Notes under the pieces: model-generated
Database searches by the model: none
The model's input: only the letters and a program-made list of their open reading frames with translations
What the model was told of the DNA's origin: nothing
NCBI RefSeq assembly: GCF_001598795.1
Contig: NZ_BCZP01000016.1
Span: 60,001 to 92,000, forward strand
Direction of reading: 5' to 3'
Length of the DNA: 32,000 nucleotides
From: Delftia acidovorans NBRC 14950
GTDB lineage: Bacteria > Pseudomonadota > Gammaproteobacteria > Burkholderiales > Burkholderiaceae_C
Shown here: positions 16,896 through 26,159 of the stretch, one piece after another
How the letters are laid out: every line of letters starts with the position of its first letter
Position numbering within the stretch: position 1 is the stretch's first letter
Made by a program: the position numbers and the translations under genes

Positions 16896-19232
16896 ATGAT
16901 CGCCCAGGAACTGGAAGTCAGCTTGCACATGGCCTTTGTCGAAGCGCGCCAGCAGCGCCACGAGTTCATCACCGTGGAACACCTGCTGCTGGCCCTGCTG
17001 GACAACCCCAGTGCAGCGGAAGTGCTGCGCGCCTGCTCAGCCAACATCGATGACCTGCGCTCGGCCCTGTCCAACTTCATCAAGGACAACACGCCCCAAG
17101 TGGCAGGCTCCGATGAGGTGGACACACAGCCCACGCTGGGTTTCCAGCGTGTGATTCAGCGCGCCATCATGCATGTGCAATCCACCGGCAACGGCAAGAA
17201 GGAAGTCACGGGTGCCAACGTGCTCGTGGCCATCTTCGGTGAGAAGGATTCGCACGCCGTCTACTACCTGCACCAGCAGGGCGTGACGCGTCTGGACGTG
17301 GTCAATTTCATTGCCCACGGCATCAAGAAGGGCGAACCGCCCGAGCCCGCCAAGGCCGAAAACCCTGCCGAGTCCGAAGAGGGCGCCGGCGGCGAGCGCA
17401 ACGAAAAGGCTTCGCCCCTGGAGCAGTTCACGCTGAACCTCAACCAGGCGGCCAAGGACGGCAAGATCGATCCGCTGATCGGGCGCGACTACGAGGTCGA
17501 GCGCACCATCCAGATCCTGTGCCGCCGCCGCAAGAACAACCCGCTGCTGGTCGGCGAGGCCGGCGTGGGCAAGACCGCGATCGCCGAGGGCCTGGCCTGG
17601 CGCATCACCGAGGGCAAGGTGCCCGAGGTGCTGACCGAAGCCGTGGTCTATTCGCTGGACATGGGCGCGCTGCTGGCGGGCACCAAGTACCGTGGTGATT
17701 TCGAGCAGCGCCTCAAGGGCGTGCTCAAGTCGCTCAAGGACCGGCCCAACGCCATCCTGTTCATCGACGAAATCCATACGCTGATCGGCGCGGGCGCCGC
17801 TTCGGGCGGCACGCTGGACGCGTCCAACCTGCTCAAGCCGGCGCTGTCCAGCGGCCAGCTCAAGTGCATCGGCGCGACCACCTTCACCGAGTACCGCGGC
17901 ATCTTCGAAAAGGATGCGGCGCTGTCGCGGCGTTTCCAGAAGGTCGACGTGGTCGAGCCCACCGTGGCCGAGACCGTGGACATCCTCAAGGGCCTGAAGT
18001 CGCGCTTCGAGGAGCACCACAGCGTGCAATACGCCGCTGCCGCCCTGCAGGCTGCGGCCGAGCTGTCGGCCAAGTACATCAATGACCGCCACCTGCCCGA
18101 CAAGGCCATCGACGTGATCGATGAGGCCGGCGCCGCGCAGCGCATCATTCCGGTGGAGCAGCGCAAGCAGACCATCGACAAGGCCGAGATCGAGGCCATC
18201 GTGGCCAAGATCGCGCGCATTCCGCCCGCCAACGTGTCCAACGACGACCGCAGCAAGCTGCAGACGCTGGAGCGCGACCTCAAGAGCGTGGTCTTCGGCC
18301 AGGACAAGGCGCTGGAAGCGCTGGCCTCCTCGGTCAAGATGGCGCGCTCGGGCCTGGGCAAGCCGGACAAGCCGATCGGCTCCTTCCTGTTCTCGGGCCC
18401 CACGGGCGTGGGCAAGACGGAAGCGGCCAAGCAGCTGGCCTACATCCTGGGCGTTGACCTGATCCGCTTCGACATGTCGGAGTACATGGAGCGCCACGCC
18501 GTCAGCCGCCTGATCGGCGCGCCTCCGGGCTATGTGGGCTTTGACCAGGGCGGTCTGCTGACCGAGGCCGTGACCAAGAAGCCGCATTCGGTGCTGCTGC
18601 TCGACGAAATCGAGAAGGCGCATCCGGACATCTTCAACGTGCTGCTGCAGGTCATGGACCACGGCACGCTGACGGACAACAACGGGCGCAAGGCCGACTT
18701 CCGCAACGTGATCCTAATCATGACCACGAACGCGGGCGCCGAGACCATCAACAAGGCCTCGATCGGCTTCACCAACCCGCGCCAGGCCGGCGACGAAATG
18801 GGCGACATCAAGCGCCTGTTCACGCCGGAGTTCCGCAACCGTCTGGACGCCATCGTCAGCTTCAAGCCGCTGGACGAGCAGGTCATCCTGCGCGTGGTCG
18901 ACAAGTTCCTGCTGCAACTGGAGCAGCAACTGGCGGAAAAGCGCGTGGAGGTCACCTTCACCGATGCGCTGCGCAAGCACCTGGCCAAGAAGGGCTTCGA
19001 TCCGCTCATGGGCGCCCGCCCCATGCAGCGCCTGATCCAGGACACCATCCGGCGTTCGCTGGCCGACGAGTTGCTGTTCGGGCAACTGGTCGATGGTGGC
19101 CGCCTGGAAGTGGACTGGGTGGCCGACGCCGACGATGCCGACAAGGGCGAAGTCAAGCTCGACATCACGCCCCAGCCCAAGCAGGACCCGGCGTCCGAGC
19201 CGGCCGAGCCCAAAGAGGCCACTGCCGATTGA
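16896..19232 (+). CDS. clpA: ATP-dependent Clp protease ATP-binding subunit ClpA
   Basis: N-domain, then two AAA+ modules: GEAGVGKT / ILFIDEIH and GPTGVGKT / [16 protein letters not shown] lies 7 nt upstream of the ATG. Directly follows clpS. Confidence 0.97.
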   Translation: MIAQELEVSLHMAFVEARQQRHEFITVEHLLLALLDNPSAAEVLRACSANIDDLRSALSNFIKDNTPQVAGSDEVDTQPTLGFQRVIQRAIMHVQSTGNGKKEVTGANVLVAIFGEKDSHAVYYLHQQGVTRLDVVNFIAHGIKKGEPPEPAKAENPAESEEGAGGERNEKASPLEQFTLNLNQAAKDGKIDPLIGRDYEVERTIQILCRRRKNNPLLVGEAGVGKTAIAEGLAWRITEGKVPEVLTEAVVYSLDMGALLAGTKYRGDFEQRLKGVLKSLKDRPNAILFIDEIHTLIGAGAASGGTLDASNLLKPALSSGQLKCIGATTFTEYRGIFEKDAALSRRFQKVDVVEPTVAETVDILKGLKSRFEEHHSVQYAAAALQAAAELSAKYINDRHLPDKAIDVIDEAGAAQRIIPVEQRKQTIDKAEIEAIVAKIARIPPANVSNDDRSKLQTLERDLKSVVFGQDKALEALASSVKMARSGLGKPDKPIGSFLFSGPTGVGKTEAAKQLAYILGVDLIRFDMSEYMERHAVSRLIGAPPGYVGFDQGGLLTEAVTKKPHSVLLLDEIEKAHPDIFNVLLQVMDHGTLTDNNGRKADFRNVILIMTTNAGAETINKASIGFTNPRQAGDEMGDIKRLFTPEFRNRLDAIVSFKPLDEQVILRVVDKFLLQLEQQLAEKRVEVTFTDALRKHLAKKGFDPLMGARPMQRLIQDTIRRSLADELLFGQLVDGGRLEVDWVADADDADKGEVKLDITPQPKQDPASEPAEPKEATAD

Positions 19233-19241
19233 GATGAAACA

Positions 19242-19373
19242 CCCCCTGAGGCGCTGCGCGCCTTCCCCCTCTCTACCCGCTGCGCGGGGGAGGGGGACAA
19301 CACCCTCGCCGCGGGGCGGCGCGGCCGGCGTAGGCCCTTGCTCGGTGTCCATGGCCTTGGGGCGCGCCGGTTT
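19242..19373 (+). repeat. GC-rich structured intergenic repeat, copy A (REP/MITE-like; family unknown to me)
   Basis: Shares ordered blocks with 22433-22545: CCCCCTGAG, CGCTGCGCG, ACACCCTCGC, the 22-nt identical GGCGTAGGCCCTTGCTCGGTGT, and GCCTTGGG. Contains hairpins AGGCGC-TGC-GCGCCT (19249-19263) and TCCCCCTC...CCCGC-TGC-GCGGG...GAGGGGGA (19264-19297). Confidence 0.65.
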
Positions 19374-19440
19374 CATTGCGTCCGGGTGGCGCTTAGCGCT
19401 GCGGGTGCCTGATATGCGTATCGTCTGATACCCACCGCAC

Positions 19441-19476
19441 AAGCCGACAGTCCCACGGGCTGCCGGCTTTTTCTTT
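19441..19476 (+). terminator. Rho-independent terminator of clpA
   Basis: AAGCCGACAG / CTGCCGGCTT stem (10 bp, one mismatch) with an inner CCC/GGG extension, followed by TTTTTCTTT. Confidence 0.7.
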
Positions 19477-19499
19477 GATCGCCTTTCGGGAGAGCTTGT

Positions 19500-20954
19500 G
19501 TGCAGTGGATTCATCAGCACCTGACCCAGGACAACGCGACGTGGCTGTTGTCGGTGACCTGGTCGGTCTATGTGGTGATCGTCGCGGTGTGGATCCTTCT
19601 GCAGCGCAGCGCGCCCGTGGCCACGCTGAGCTGGCTTCTATCCATGGCGGCGATTCCTGTGGGCGGGCTGGCCATTTACTACTTCTTCGGCCCGCAGCGG
19701 CTCAAGCGCCAGCGCATCAAGCGGCTGCGTGCGCGCAAGACATCGCGTGTGCGAACAGGCGTGCAGCGCCTGCGCGAGCGCATGCCGGGCAGCTCGGAAC
19801 GCCTGCACCAGGTCGCGCGGCTGGTGGCGGCCACCAGCGACTTTCCCGTCAGCACGGCCGCCGACCTGCGGCTGCTGGTGGGCGGCGCTGCCACCTTCGA
19901 CGCCATCATCGAGGCGGTGAACGCGGCGCGCCACCACATCCACCTGGAGTACTACATCTTCGAGCCGGACCAGACCGGCACGGCCCTGCGCGACCTGCTG
20001 ATACAGCGGGCCCGCGCAGGCATACAGGTGCGCCTGCTGGTGGATGCCCTGGGTTCCAAGAAGCTGGGACGGCGCTTTCTGCAGCCGCTGGAGGATGCGG
20101 GTGCCGAGGTCGCGCTGTTCCATGGCACCAAGATCGGCCGGCGGCTGCGCCCGGTCATCAACTTCCGTACCCACCGCAAGATCCTGGTGTGCGACGGCAA
20201 GGTGGGCTTCACGGGCGGCGTCAACGTGACCGATGAAGAGAACGCGCGTGTCATGCCCGATGCCTACCACGACGTGCACCTGCGCCTTGAGGGCGCCATC
20301 GTCAACTGGCTGCAGACCGTGTTCCTCGAAGACTGGGCCTATGCGCTGGAAAAGGACCCCAAGAACGAGCCCGCCGACATCGACCTGCTGCTGCCGGATG
20401 CGCCCGAGGGCCCGCTGCCCGTGCAGATCATCACCTCGGGCCCCGACAACGGCCTGCAGGCCATCTACCGCGCCCATCTGGCGGCCATCAACGCGGCCGA
20501 GGAACGTGTCTGGCTGACCACGCCGTATTTCGTGCCGACGGAGGCCGCGCTGGCAGCGCTCACCAATGCCTCGCTGCGCGGTGTCGATGTGCAGCTGCTG
20601 GTGCCACGCCGTTCTGACTCGGCCCTGGTCACGGCGGCTGCGCGCTCCTACTACGACGAGCTGATCCGCTGCGGCGTGCGCGTCTACGAGTACAAGGCAC
20701 GCATGCTGCACTCCAAGACCCTGGTGGTGGACGACAACATCGCCATCATCGGCACGGCCAACTTCGACTACCGCAGCTTCTTCCTGAACTACGAGGTCTG
20801 CGCCATCGCCTACGGGCCTGCGCTCAACGGCGATCTGGCCAAGCAGTTCGAGGCCGATCTGGAGCAGGCCCAGCGCGTGCATTTCAAGCGCGACCTGGGC
20901 TTTGCGCTGCGCCTGTTCGACTCGGGCGCGCGGCTGTGTTCGCCCCTGCTGTGA
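19500..20954 (+). CDS. cls: Cardiolipin synthase (PLD superfamily, ClsA type)
   Basis: Two N-terminal TM helices and two HKD motifs: HRKILVCDGKVGFTGGVN and HSKTLVVDDNIAIIGTAN. GTG start with GGGAGA 7 nt upstream. Confidence 0.93.
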   Translation: MQWIHQHLTQDNATWLLSVTWSVYVVIVAVWILLQRSAPVATLSWLLSMAAIPVGGLAIYYFFGPQRLKRQRIKRLRARKTSRVRTGVQRLRERMPGSSERLHQVARLVAATSDFPVSTAADLRLLVGGAATFDAIIEAVNAARHHIHLEYYIFEPDQTGTALRDLLIQRARAGIQVRLLVDALGSKKLGRRFLQPLEDAGAEVALFHGTKIGRRLRPVINFRTHRKILVCDGKVGFTGGVNVTDEENARVMPDAYHDVHLRLEGAIVNWLQTVFLEDWAYALEKDPKNEPADIDLLLPDAPEGPLPVQIITSGPDNGLQAIYRAHLAAINAAEERVWLTTPYFVPTEAALAALTNASLRGVDVQLLVPRRSDSALVTAAARSYYDELIRCGVRVYEYKARMLHSKTLVVDDNIAIIGTANFDYRSFFLNYEVCAIAYGPALNGDLAKQFEADLEQAQRVHFKRDLGFALRLFDSGARLCSPLL

Positions 20955-20991
20955 GGGCCGGTGGCTCGTTTTTCGCAGGCATACTCGCCCG

Positions 20992-22431
20992 ATGGCCCAT
21001 ACCTTCTTCTGGCACGACTACGAGACCTTCGGCGCCCAGCCGCGCTATGACCGGCCCGCGCAATTCGCGGGCATCCGCACGGATGCGGAACTCAATGAAA
21101 TCGGCGAGCCCGTCATGTGGTACTGCCAGCCGGCAGGTGACTACCTGCCCGATCCGCAGTCCTGCCTGATCACCGGCATCACCCCCCAGCAATGCCTGGA
21201 GCAGGGCATGCCCGAGGCCCAGTTCGCCGCCCACATCGAGGCAGAACTGGCCCAGGCCGGCACCGTGGGCGTGGGCTACAACACCATTCGTTTTGACGAC
21301 GAGATCACGCGCTTCATGTTCTGGCGCAACCTCATCGACCCCTATGCGCGCGAATGGCAAAACGGCTGCGGGCGCTGGGACCTGCTCGACGTGGTGCGCA
21401 TGGTCTATGCGCTGCGCCCCGAAGGCATTGCCTGGCCGAAAAAGGAGGATGGATCCCCAAGCTTCAAGCTCGAGGACCTGGCCCGCGCCAACGGCCTCCT
21501 GCACGAAAAGGCGCACGACGCGCTGTCCGACGTGCGCGCCACCATTGGGCTGGCCCGGCTGATCCGTAAGGTCCAGCCCAGATTGTTCGACTTCGCCTTC
21601 TCGCTGCACAAGAAGGACCGCGTGCTGCAGGAAATGGGCCTGCCGGCCGAGCCGGCGCATGCACGGCCCTTCCTGCACGTCAGCGGCATGATCCGGCCCG
21701 AGCGCGGCTGCATCGCCGTCATGTGGCCGCTGGCCACGCACCCCACCAACAAGAACGAGATCATCTGCTGGGATCTGGCGCAGGACCCGTCCGAGCTGGC
21801 CTCCATCGACGTGGACACGCTGCGCCTGCGCCTGTTCTCGCGCGCTGCCGACCTGCCCGAGGGCATGCAGCGCCTGCCCATCAAGAGCATCCACGTCAAC
21901 AAGTCGCCCATGGTGGTCGGCAGCCTCAAGACGCTGAGCCCGGTCATGGCCGCGCAATGGGGCATCGATGTGGAGCAGTGCATGGGCCATGCGGCCATTG
22001 CACGTGACCTGCCCGACATGAGCGCGCTGTGGCGTGCCGTTCACCAGCGCCCTGCGCAGGAAGGGCTGGATGCCGACCAGGACCTGTACGGCGGCTTTGT
22101 GGGCAATGAGGACCGGCGCCGCCTGAACCACCTGCGCAGCCTGTCCGCGCAGGAGCTGGCGCTGGACCGCACGGGCTTCGACGATGCCCGCCTGACCGAA
22201 CTGCTGTTCCGCTACCGCGCCCGCAACTTCCCCGCCAGCCTGAACCCGGCCGAGCGCCAGCGCTGGCTGCAGCACTGCGCGGCCTGCCTGATCGAAGGCA
22301 AGGGCGGCGCACGCACGGCCGAGCAGATGTTTGCCATGGTCGATCAGCTATCGGAGAGTGCCGACGAGCGCGGCGAGGAGATCCTGGGGGCGCTGTATGA
22401 CTATGCCGAGGCGATCATGCCGGAACTTTAG
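20992..22431 (+). CDS. sbcB: Exodeoxyribonuclease I
   Basis: MAHTFFWHDYETFG (ExoI motif), YNTIRFDDE and HDALSDV (DEDDh), plus the SH3-like and C-terminal helical region. The start is trimmed from 20902 to ATG 20992, which removes the overlap with cls. Confidence 0.94.
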   Translation: MAHTFFWHDYETFGAQPRYDRPAQFAGIRTDAELNEIGEPVMWYCQPAGDYLPDPQSCLITGITPQQCLEQGMPEAQFAAHIEAELAQAGTVGVGYNTIRFDDEITRFMFWRNLIDPYAREWQNGCGRWDLLDVVRMVYALRPEGIAWPKKEDGSPSFKLEDLARANGLLHEKAHDALSDVRATIGLARLIRKVQPRLFDFAFSLHKKDRVLQEMGLPAEPAHARPFLHVSGMIRPERGCIAVMWPLATHPTNKNEIICWDLAQDPSELASIDVDTLRLRLFSRAADLPEGMQRLPIKSIHVNKSPMVVGSLKTLSPVMAAQWGIDVEQCMGHAAIARDLPDMSALWRAVHQRPAQEGLDADQDLYGGFVGNEDRRRLNHLRSLSAQELALDRTGFDDARLTELLFRYRARNFPASLNPAERQRWLQHCAACLIEGKGGARTAEQMFAMVDQLSESADERGEEILGALYDYAEAIMPEL

Positions 22432-22432
22432 T

Positions 22433-22545
22433 CCCCCTGAGCCGCTGCGCGGCTTCTCCCGAGAGGTGCGACACCCTCGCGGCGAGGCGGGGCGGGTGGC
22501 GTAGGCCCTTGCTCGGTGTTCGTCGCCTTGGGCCGCGTCGGCTTT
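22433..22545 (+). repeat. GC-rich structured intergenic repeat, copy B
   Basis: Same block order and orientation as 19242-19373. Its first hairpin is AGCCGC-TGC-GCGGCT (22440-22454). It lacks the ~16-nt nested hairpin module of copy A. It starts 2 nt after the sbcB stop codon. Confidence 0.65.
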
Positions 22546-22567
22546 AGGCGCAGCGCCCATTTTGCCT

Positions 22568-23797
22568 TCATCCGAAAAATTTGTAGCAGACGACGATGGC
22601 CGCCACCACGCCGGCCAGTTCGGCGATGAGGGCGCAGGGCACGGCGTGGCGGGCACGCTGTATGCCTACGGCGCCGAAGTAGACGGCCAGAACGTAGAAA
22701 GTGGTTTCGGTGCTGCCCTGGATGGTGGCGGCCGCCAGGGCGGCGAAGCTGTCCACGCCCTGGGTCTGCATGGTCTCGATCAGCATGGCGCGCGCCGCGC
22801 TGCCCGAGAAGGGTTTGACCAGGGCCGTGGGCAGGGCGTCCACGAAGCGCGCGTCCATGCCCAGGGCATCGACCACCCAGCGTATGCCCGACAGCGCGTA
22901 CTCCAGCGCACCCGATGCGCGGAACACGCCCACGGCGCAGAGCATGGCCACCAGGTAGGGCAGCAGGCCCTTGGCCACGTCAAAGCCTTCCTTGGCACCT
23001 TCGATGAAGCTGTCGTAGACCGCGACCTTGCGCCAGGCGCCCAGGGTGACGAACAGCACGATCAGGGCAAACAGCGTCAGGTTGCCCAGCAGCGATGACA
23101 GCTGCGCCAGCGCGGCCGCCGACAGCGTGGCCAGAAAGGCCATGAAGCCAGCCAGCGCCAGGCCCAGCGGCAGCAGATAGCCCAGCACCACGGGGCTCCA
23201 CAGCGGCAGCCTCTGCACGGCGGCCACGGCCAGCAGGCCGACCAGGGTCGAGGCCGAGGTGGCCAGCAAGATCGGCAGAAAGACCAGGGTGGGATCGGGC
23301 GCACCCTGCTGCATGCGGTACATGAAGATGGTCACGGGCAGCAAGGTCAGCGACGACGCATTGAGCACCAGGAACAGGATCTGCGCATTGGTGGCGGTGT
23401 CGGGCCGGGGATTGAGTTCCTGCAGCGAGCGCATGGCCTTCAGGCCCATGGGCGTGGCCGCGTTGTCCAGTCCCAGCCCGTTGGCCGCGAAGTTCAGCGT
23501 GATCAGGCCCAGGGCCGGATGGCCGCGCGGCACCTCGGGCATGAGCCTGGCGAACAACGGGCCCAGCACGCGCGCCAGCCACTCGACCACGCCGGCCTTC
23601 TCTGCGATGCGCAGAAAGCCCAGCCACAGCGTCAGCGTGCCGAACAGCAGCACCATGACCTCGACCGACAGCCTGGCCATGGCAAACAGCGCCTGCACCA
23701 TGGCCGAGAAAATCCCGGCCTGGCCGCCGACCAGCCATTGCGCCAGCGCAGCCACGGCCGCCACCAGAAAAAAGCCCAGCCACAAGGCATTCAGCAT
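22568..23797 (-). CDS. Nucleoside-recognition (Gate) domain membrane protein, fused SpmA/SpmB-like
   Basis: 409 aa from ATG 23797, with GGGAGGGG just upstream. Polytopic: MLNALWLGFFLVAAVAALAQWL...; the layout and the C-terminal half (ALPTALVKPFSGSAARAM, TTFYVLAVYFG) fit SpmA/SpmB-type proteins. The track start at 23947 is an upstream extension. Confidence 0.65.
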   Translation of the reverse strand: MLNALWLGFFLVAAVAALAQWLVGGQAGIFSAMVQALFAMARLSVEVMVLLFGTLTLWLGFLRIAEKAGVVEWLARVLGPLFARLMPEVPRGHPALGLITLNFAANGLGLDNAATPMGLKAMRSLQELNPRPDTATNAQILFLVLNASSLTLLPVTIFMYRMQQGAPDPTLVFLPILLATSASTLVGLLAVAAVQRLPLWSPVVLGYLLPLGLALAGFMAFLATLSAAALAQLSSLLGNLTLFALIVLFVTLGAWRKVAVYDSFIEGAKEGFDVAKGLLPYLVAMLCAVGVFRASGALEYALSGIRWVVDALGMDARFVDALPTALVKPFSGSAARAMLIETMQTQGVDSFAALAAATIQGSTETTFYVLAVYFGAVGIQRARHAVPCALIAELAGVVAAIVVCYKFFG

Positions 23798-23945
23798 GGA
23801 TTCCCCTCCCTCACGAGGCAATTGCAAGCCGCCATTGTGGGGCCAGCTGCAGGGCTTACGGGCCAGGGCGGCAGGGCATTGACAGCGCTCCGTTATCCTC
23901 GCGGCCCCGCAGTCCGAGGACCGCACCATTGCTGCAAAGGATTCC

Positions 23946-24341
23946 ATGCCCCAGGTGATAGGACAGGTAAGCGTCGCCGTGCGCGACTATGACGAGGCGC
24001 TGCGCTTTTATGTGAGCGCGCTGGGCTTCGTGCTGATCGAGGACACCGCCCTGTCCGAGGGCAAGCGCTGGGTCACCGTGGCCCCGGGTGGCGGCGGTGT
24101 GCGCCTGCTGCTGGCCCGCGCCACGAACGAGGAACAGGCCGCGCGCGTGGGCAACCAGACCGGCGGGCGCGTGTTCCTGTTCCTGCAGACCGACGACTGC
24201 CTGCGCGACTTCGAGGCCTACCGCTCGCGCGGCGTGCGCTTTGTGCAGGATCCCCAGCGCAAGCCCCACGGCACCGTGGCCGTGTTCGAAGACCTCTACG
24301 GCAATCTGTGGGATCTCATCGAGCCGCATCCTGCGCGTTGA
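23946..24341 (+). CDS. VOC family protein (glyoxalase/bleomycin-resistance/dioxygenase fold)
   Basis: 131 aa. IGQVSVAVRDYDEALRFYVSALGF...GRVFLFLQTDD...PHGTVAVFEDLYGNLWDLIEP matches the paired beta-alpha-beta-beta-beta VOC pattern. AAGGA lies upstream of the ATG. Confidence 0.8.
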   Translation: MPQVIGQVSVAVRDYDEALRFYVSALGFVLIEDTALSEGKRWVTVAPGGGGVRLLLARATNEEQAARVGNQTGGRVFLFLQTDDCLRDFEAYRSRGVRFVQDPQRKPHGTVAVFEDLYGNLWDLIEPHPAR

Positions 24342-24360
24342 GGGCCGAAGGCGCGCTGCT

Positions 24361-25134
24361 TCAGCGGCTGGCCACGATGAACAGCCTGGGGAATGGCAGC
24401 AGCACCGTGCCATCGTCCAGCGCGGGGTAGGCCTGGGAGATGGCCTGCAGATACGCTGCGTAGAAGCCGGCCTTTTGTTCCTCGTCCAGCGGCGCGACGA
24501 AGGGACGCAGCGCCGAACCCTTGAACCACTCAACCACCGCAGCATGGCCGCCCGCCAGCGGGTGGAAGTAGGTGGTGCGCCAGACATCGACGTTGCTGCA
24601 GTGCGGGCGAAGCAGGGCGTAGTAGAAGTCCGCGCTGTGACGTGCGGGGTGGCGCACATCGCCAATCGTGGCGGCCCATGGGCCGCTGGCGGCCACTTCG
24701 CGTGCCAGCCGGTGGGCCGGTTCTTCCAGGTTGTCCGGCGTCTGCACGGCCAGGCTGCCACCGGGTGCCAGGTGGCTGACAAGGCGCGGGTAAAGCTGCT
24801 GGTGGTCGGGCAGCCACTGCAGCGAGGCATTGGCCAGGATCACGTCCTGCGGCTGGTCGGGCTGCCAAGTGGCGATGTCGGCCAGGGAGAAGGCCGTGCC
24901 CGGCAGCCGCTTGCGTGCGGCATCCAGCATGTCCTCGGAATTGTCCAGTCCCGTCACGGTGGCCTCGGGGAAGCGCTGGGCCAGGACCTCGGTGGAGTTG
25001 CCGGGGCCGCAGCCCAGGTCCACGGCCAGCCGCACGGCGCGGCCAGGCAGATCGGGAATGGCGGCCACCAGGTCGCGCACGGGGCGCGTGCGTTCCTGCT
25101 CGAACGTTGTGTACTGCTTTGCGGACCAGGTCAT
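24361..25134 (-). CDS. tam: Trans-aconitate 2-methyltransferase
   Basis: MTWSAKQYTTFEQERTRPVRDL, SAM motif I VDLGCGPGNST, and ANASLQWLPDH. The start is trimmed to ATG 25134. Confidence 0.85.
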   Translation of the reverse strand: MTWSAKQYTTFEQERTRPVRDLVAAIPDLPGRAVRLAVDLGCGPGNSTEVLAQRFPEATVTGLDNSEDMLDAARKRLPGTAFSLADIATWQPDQPQDVILANASLQWLPDHQQLYPRLVSHLAPGGSLAVQTPDNLEEPAHRLAREVAASGPWAATIGDVRHPARHSADFYYALLRPHCSNVDVWRTTYFHPLAGGHAAVVEWFKGSALRPFVAPLDEEQKAGFYAAYLQAISQAYPALDDGTVLLPFPRLFIVASR

Positions 25135-25193
25135 CGTGTTGCCTTTCAGGTGGGTATGTTTGTGGGGCGCGAGCGTAAATCCGTCCATCCATG

Positions 25194-25210
25194 ATTGCAA
25201 ATGCCACAAT
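25194..25210. promoter_or_regulatory. Candidate LysR-type T-N11-A box in the tam / LysR divergent region
   Basis: ATTG-CAAATGCCA-CAAT is a dyad (T-N11-A). It lies 32 nt upstream of the LysR GTG and 60 nt upstream of the tam ATG. Confidence 0.35.
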
Positions 25211-25241
25211 TGAAGTCTTCCCATACCTTGAAAGTATTGAT

Positions 25242-26150
25242 GTGCCCGAGCTTCGCCAACTGCGCGCCTTTGTCGCCATCGCGGAGGAAGGTCACATCAC
25301 GCGTGCGGCCGAGCGCCTGGGCATGCAGCAGCCGCCGCTGACGCGGTTGCTGCAGGGCCTGGAACACGAATTGGGCGTGGAGCTGGTGCAGCGCCTGCCG
25401 CGCGGCGTGCGGCCCACGGCGGCGGGGCTGGCGCTGCTGGAAGAGTCCAAGGCGCTGCTGGAGCGCTGTGACGTGCTGGCCGAGGTGGTGCGCCGCGCCG
25501 CCCGGGGCGAGACGGGCCGGCTGGCCGTGGGCTTCACCAGTTCGGCCGCGCTGCATCCCTTTGTCCCCGGCGTGCTGCGCATGTTCCGCCAGCAGGTGCC
25601 CGGCGTGGCCGTGGCACTGGAGGAGGCGGGCACGGGTGAACTCATGGATGCATTGCTGCACGAGCGGCTGGACGCGGCCTTTGTGCGCTCGCCGCTGCAT
25701 GGCAGCCAGGGGCTGCAGGCCGTGCCGATTCTGGAGGAGCCCATGCTGCTGGCCCTGCCTGCAGGGCATGCGCTGGCACGCCCATTGCGCCGGCCCGTGC
25801 CCCTGCCGCAGCTCGCCTCGGAGGATTTCGTGCTGTACCGGCGCAGGGTAGGGCAGGGCCTGTACGACGCCATTCTCAAGGCCTGCCTGGAGGCGGGTTT
25901 CAGCCCGCGCGTGGTGCAGGAGGCGCCGCGCATGACGGCCACGCTGAGCCTGGTCTCGGCAGGGCTGGGGCTGTCCATCGTGCCGGCCTCCATGCAGCGC
26001 CTGCGCAGCGACGGCATTGTCTACCGTGCGCTGTCCCAGTGCCCCGGGTTGGCCGCTCCCCTGCATCTGGCCGCGCGCGTGGGCGATGCGTCGGCCGTGC
26101 TGCGCAGGTTCCAGGACCTGGTTGCCACGGCGGCCGTGGCAGAGTCCTGA
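25242..26150 (+). CDS. LysR family transcriptional regulator (divergent from tam)
   Basis: N-terminal wHTH LRQLRAFVAIAEEGHITRAAERLGMQQPPLTRLLQGLEHELGVELVQR, plus a substrate-binding domain. Start is GTG 25242; the alternative ATG 25191 would overlap the candidate operator. Confidence 0.88.
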   Translation: MPELRQLRAFVAIAEEGHITRAAERLGMQQPPLTRLLQGLEHELGVELVQRLPRGVRPTAAGLALLEESKALLERCDVLAEVVRRAARGETGRLAVGFTSSAALHPFVPGVLRMFRQQVPGVAVALEEAGTGELMDALLHERLDAAFVRSPLHGSQGLQAVPILEEPMLLALPAGHALARPLRRPVPLPQLASEDFVLYRRRVGQGLYDAILKACLEAGFSPRVVQEAPRMTATLSLVSAGLGLSIVPASMQRLRSDGIVYRALSQCPGLAAPLHLAARVGDASAVLRRFQDLVATAAVAES

Positions 26151-26159
26151 AGGTGCGGA

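Noticed and set aside
19093-19428. 111-aa ORF spanning the clpA end and repeat copy A; also 18714..19520 (-).
   Set aside because: Its reading frame is not conserved between the two repeat copies because the indels are not multiples of 3. The composition is Pro/Arg/Gly-rich, consistent with translation of a non-coding repeat.
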